From positions 1-21,440 of the forward strand of contig JBLWGC010000139.1 in NCBI GenBank assembly GCA_048772705.1: a stretch of DNA of 21,440 bases. Direction: 5' to 3'. The translations under genes and the position numbers were made by a program. The stretch is from Leidyana gryllorum EB-2025a. Taxonomy: Eukaryota > Protista > Apicomplexa. Shown piece by piece: positions 18,283-21,440 of the stretch. Numbering within the stretch: the first letter of the stretch is position 1; each line of letters begins with the position of its first letter. Under the pieces are notes generated by a model, which was not told where the DNA came from, ran no database searches, and saw nothing but the letters and a program-made list of their open reading frames with translations.

Positions 18283-18380
18283 CTGTTTTTTGTTCTAGTC
18301 TAAGTTCGTGCGTGTGTCCAAAAACTCGTGTCTGTGTCTCCATGCCGGTCCGTGCCGGTCTCCCCGGAGACACGCTTACA
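18219..18380 (-). repeat. 5' LTR of family A (162 bp)
   Basis: Matches the other two LTRs; followed on the sense strand by the PBS; bounded by TSD GGTAC. Confidence 0.97.
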
Positions 18381-18448
18381 GGTACTCCCTATATAAGTGC
18401 CAAATATGTAGCTAAGTATCCAGATGGATGTTCATTCGATTGGAAATT
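18381..18448 (+). mobile_element. Family B LTR copy 3, right part (3'-truncated)
   Basis: TCCCTATATAAGTGCCAAATATGTA...GGATGTTCAT matches ~6446-6495, then ATTCGATTGGAAATT is shared with ~1886-1900. Confidence 0.8.
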
Positions 18449-18732
18449 GACGACTAGCGCTTGCAATAGATTCTGTGGTTGCATCGGGTGGTTCGTGGGT
18501 AGCGAGGAAAGAGTCTTCATCGGAGACTTGAATTGGTTGTTGAGCAACTCTCGACACGGTTCGGCAAGTTGTAGTTGGTTCTCAGTTAGCGCCAGAACGT
18601 CAGCGTCAGGCGATGGCGCCAGCATAGGGGAAGCCGACTTAATCTGGCTTGGTTGTAACGCGATCGGGCCGGCGCGGGCTGGCAACGCAACGACCCCGCT
18701 ATGCTGGCCTGAAGCGGAGAATAAAAGCTCTC

Positions 18733-20453
18733 TCAGGTCCCCTCAGTCAACAAGCCTACGACAATCGCGCTTTTGATCTGGGCGAGGAGCCTGTCCCGGT
18801 CCTGGTTGGAAACGGTCAGCCAATCACTATCCGAACAGCTGACATGGTGGTCCTGTCGACCTACCGAGTCGCTCGCCGCAGACGGTACAGACCGGCAGGT
18901 GATGCTGAGCCGTCTCTGTGATTGTGAGACCATATCGGGAGCAACGGGATCCGACGAGCTTACCATCGGCATCGCTTCTGATGCCTGACTCCCACTCCAA
19001 CTAGCCGTCGAGACTCGGGGCGAGGCGCTAACAGGGGCTTCGGCAGCACTGGTCCCGCGAAGGTGAGGTGGATCAAGCTCTGGGTGGGTCCGACTTCCTT
19101 GTAGCCCCATCGAAGCGATGCTGGATTGTCGACGACTGAGGTTGGGCTCCTCGCCATCGCTCGGGGTTGGACTTGGCGCCGAGTCGTTACCGTCGTCTAA
19201 CGAGTCTCGTGCGCTCGATGACTTCTGACTCGACTGTCGGGAGCGTTGGTTTGTTATGGGCGAAGACGCTCCGGGGTCACTAGCTTTCCTCCACCAGCCC
19301 AGGGGCACTATTGCCATCGCATGTCTGGTGCGTCCCTCGAGAAAGTGTGGCACAGCCCCGTTCAAGACGTCGGTGAACTCCTGTGAACTTATCTCTAACA
19401 TCACCAACGCCCACAGTACACTCTCCCGCGGGAGCGGCCCGAGTGTCGTCAGACTCTTACAGTTGGACGTCGTCCGAGTCTTCAAACTCATCTTCCGGAC
19501 GATGTAGGGCTCAGTGAAGTAGTCCATGTCTCGGAGGGTGGCGGGCACCCATATCTGGTGCTCGTGCTCTCTAGTCTCGGATATGAGCCTCTCACGGTAG
19601 GGGAAGTTCTCCGGCAATTGGCGTTTTCCGAACGGTTGGTGGAGGATGAAGGGACCGGCTCTACGACTGTCGCTTACCATTATCAAAAGTGTATGTGGAT
19701 TGTTGGTAAGTATGAACTGTGCACTCTCGGTTAGGTTCAGCTGTAGTGGATCTCTCTCCGTCAAGATCTCGTCACTGTTCGAACTCTTCAGGGGCGTTAG
19801 AATGAGTTTCTCCCCCTCCACCGCTACTTTCATACTGCCCGGCTCCGGTAGGGAGGGACGCTGGCTGTAACACTTTAGAGCCAATGCCGACATCGTCGCA
19901 ACGAACACCCCTCCTCGATAGAGCCCCGACGCTAGAACCGACCCAAGGCACCACCGTCGGAGGAAGGCTACTCCGTCACCGAGGCGTTTGACGAGGTCCA
20001 ACCGAAGCCAGTCCGTCCTCATCGTGTCTGTGTCTCCGGCCGGCCGGCTGGCCGGCCGGAGACACGGGGGACACACAGTTAGATCACCGTGTGAACTCAC
20101 CTTTTTGATTACGTGCGAACCGACCGGCATGACCACTGAACCTGCGAACGAAGTATCTAAGATGCAATTACGTAGTGGCCGAGAACTCACCGACAACGCC
20201 CACGGAACCGATGGCCATTACACTGGCTTTTTTGCTGCGACCCACGGGCCTTCCTTCCTCCCTTTGGCTTGGGTTTGGTTGCGGTCTTGACTTGTCGTGC
20301 CGTCGTTTCGGATGGGCTTGAGCTCGCGATGTCGGCGTCTGACGCTGCGACGCTATCGGCTTGCTGTGATCGTGGGGAACTATTTACGACAGCCTCATGT
20401 CGTGCGCCCTTCCTTTTCGTATTAATGGCAGGGATAGGACGTTTGGCGGGCAT
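18733..20453 (-). pseudogene. Unknown protein gene (452 aa or more) disrupted by the family E solo LTR
   Basis: Removing the LTR and one TSD joins ATG 20453 (MPAKRP...QKSQ) in frame to RPSLPEPG... through the stop at 18735-18733. No recognisable domain. Confidence 0.65.
19866..20222 (+). mobile_element. Solo LTR, family E (357 bp), related to family A
   Basis: TGTAA...TTACA ends; TSD CTGGC at 19861-19865 and 20223-20227. ATG at 20162 encodes MQLRSGR...GHY ending at the LTR edge, as in family A. Shared GTGTCTCC/GGAGACAC hairpin. Confidence 0.9.
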
Positions 20454-20709
20454 AGTGGTAGACTCGATGGGACTGTACTAGGAATATTTCGGGTGCGTCG
20501 GGGCTCGTTTAATGTGTGTGTGGATAGTACGTAAGGATAGATCATGGTAAATACTCACAACAACATGGTAACTTCTTGCCCACTTGACGGCTGGGGTAGC
20601 CGACCGCATTTCTACTAGGATCCAGGGTGGCCCATATTGGAGACCAGGCAGATGTACGAACTAGATGGGTCTCTCGACGTGAGTCTGAAACGTGAATGAC
20701 TGAGCTATT

Positions 20710-21440
20710 TGTGCAGGTCGGCGAAACGCGCAAGGGTTAGCCCGACCATTACCGCAGGTTTTTTGGGGGTTCTTATACCAGAAACGTCCTTGAGTGAACT
20801 AGGAATTTGATTAGAAGCTCTAGACTAGCTCTCTCGCTTACCTTAGGAATAGTGGTGGCCTCATTAAGTAGCAGAAAGGTTTTAGGCGAAATCTCACCGC
20901 TAGAATAGGAGATAGGCGACTCTCGAGCTCTCTGAGACCCTGATTTTTGCAAACATGACACTCGCCAAACTTCGATTGGCTCGTTCGCTACAGCAAACGA
21001 GCGTCCAATTGAGATATAAGGGTCATCAGACTCCTTAATTTTACTCTCGTAGGGCTCGCAAGCAACAGATAGCAGGCCAAACGAGCCACTTTTCCCAAGA
21101 TTGGTGTGTGGGACGTGGGACTTGGACTGTTATTTCGTTCTCAGATCCAAAAAGCCCTCTTCTCGCTCGCGCTCGCTTTCTTCCCTCCCAGATGTTCCCA
21201 AGACAAGACCTCGTGCCACTGAGACTAGTGTGGCACGCTCCCACACCAAGTAAGTTCCCACACCTCATCCCCACACATCCCACATAGCCGAGGAAGAGCT
21301 TCGCCACTTTGCGACCAGAGCCTCACCTCTCCCCGTTGTGCACTTTTTATCCCAGCCAACTGACCCCCATTCGCTGCCTGCCCAAACCAGCATCCAGTGA
21401 CGCCCCAGCTAACATCTCATTGAGTCATTCTCAGTCTCCC
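20710..21440. repeat. Dispersed repeat D, copy 2 (runs off the window end)
   Basis: Homologous to 5007-5751; near-identical in the first ~400 bp, more diverged with indels afterwards. Confidence 0.88.

Larger units (their letters stand above)
8921..18380 (-). mobile_element. Ty3/gypsy chromovirus LTR retrotransposon (family A), tandem dimer with three LTRs
   Basis: Direct repeat of period 4649 bp. Three TG...CA LTRs. GGTAC at 8916-8920 and 18381-18385 (TSD). The empty site TTTTCAGA-GGTAC-TCCCTATATAAG is visible in other family B copies (6433-6457, and inverted at 7291-7315). Domain order PR-RT-RH-IN-chromo. Confidence 0.98.

Noticed and set aside
18649-18921. VVTRSGR as a third chromatin-binding-like motif
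   Set aside because: No ATG, antisense to the long reconstructed ORF and no LTR context; probably chance.
18733-20196. The 487-aa ORF as a real protein, for example an env-like third ORF of family A
   Set aside because: It lies outside the TSD-bounded element and its N-terminus is antisense family E LTR sequence.
20684-20760. Hammerhead ribozyme at the start of repeat D
   Set aside because: GAAA is present but the CUGANGA core is absent, and copy 1 lacks the GAAA.
1-21440. CRISPR array, tRNA or rRNA genes, prokaryotic RT systems (retron, DGR, group II intron)
   Set aside because: No repeat-spacer array or structural RNA gene recognised; the RT is Ty3/gypsy type, with RNase H, integrase and LTRs.

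Overview
Eukaryotic, transposon-saturated region; the host cannot be identified and no intact host gene is recognisable. The main feature is a young Ty3/gypsy chromovirus (family A, minus strand) present as an LTR-internal-LTR-internal-LTR tandem dimer (8921-18380, period 4649 bp). It has three 162-bp LTRs and one GGTAC target-site duplication (TSD) around the whole array. Each unit has intact gag (CCHC knuckle) and pol (PR-RT-RNaseH-IN-chromodomain), joined by a predicted -1 frameshift at G_GAU_UUU. The element is almost fully coding: gag starts inside the LTR with MDLRSGR, the primer-binding site (PBS) and polypurine tract (PPT) are translated, and the pol stop lies in the first 5 nt of the 3' LTR. 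A solo LTR of a diverged relative (family E, 19866-20222, TSD CTGGC) encodes MQLRSGR at the same LTR position and shares a GTGTCTCC/GGAGACAC hairpin. This points to a conserved LTR-encoded peptide resembling the KSHV LANA nucleosome-tethering motif. The rest is nested debris: two inverted ~814-bp solo LTRs (family B, each with its own TSD), a third B copy hosting a family C solo LTR and the dimer, two degraded gypsy integrase remnants, a ~740-bp dispersed repeat (D), a ~560-bp tandem duplication, and an unknown ORF of at least 452 aa that is restored by removing the family E LTR. Family letters are my own labels.
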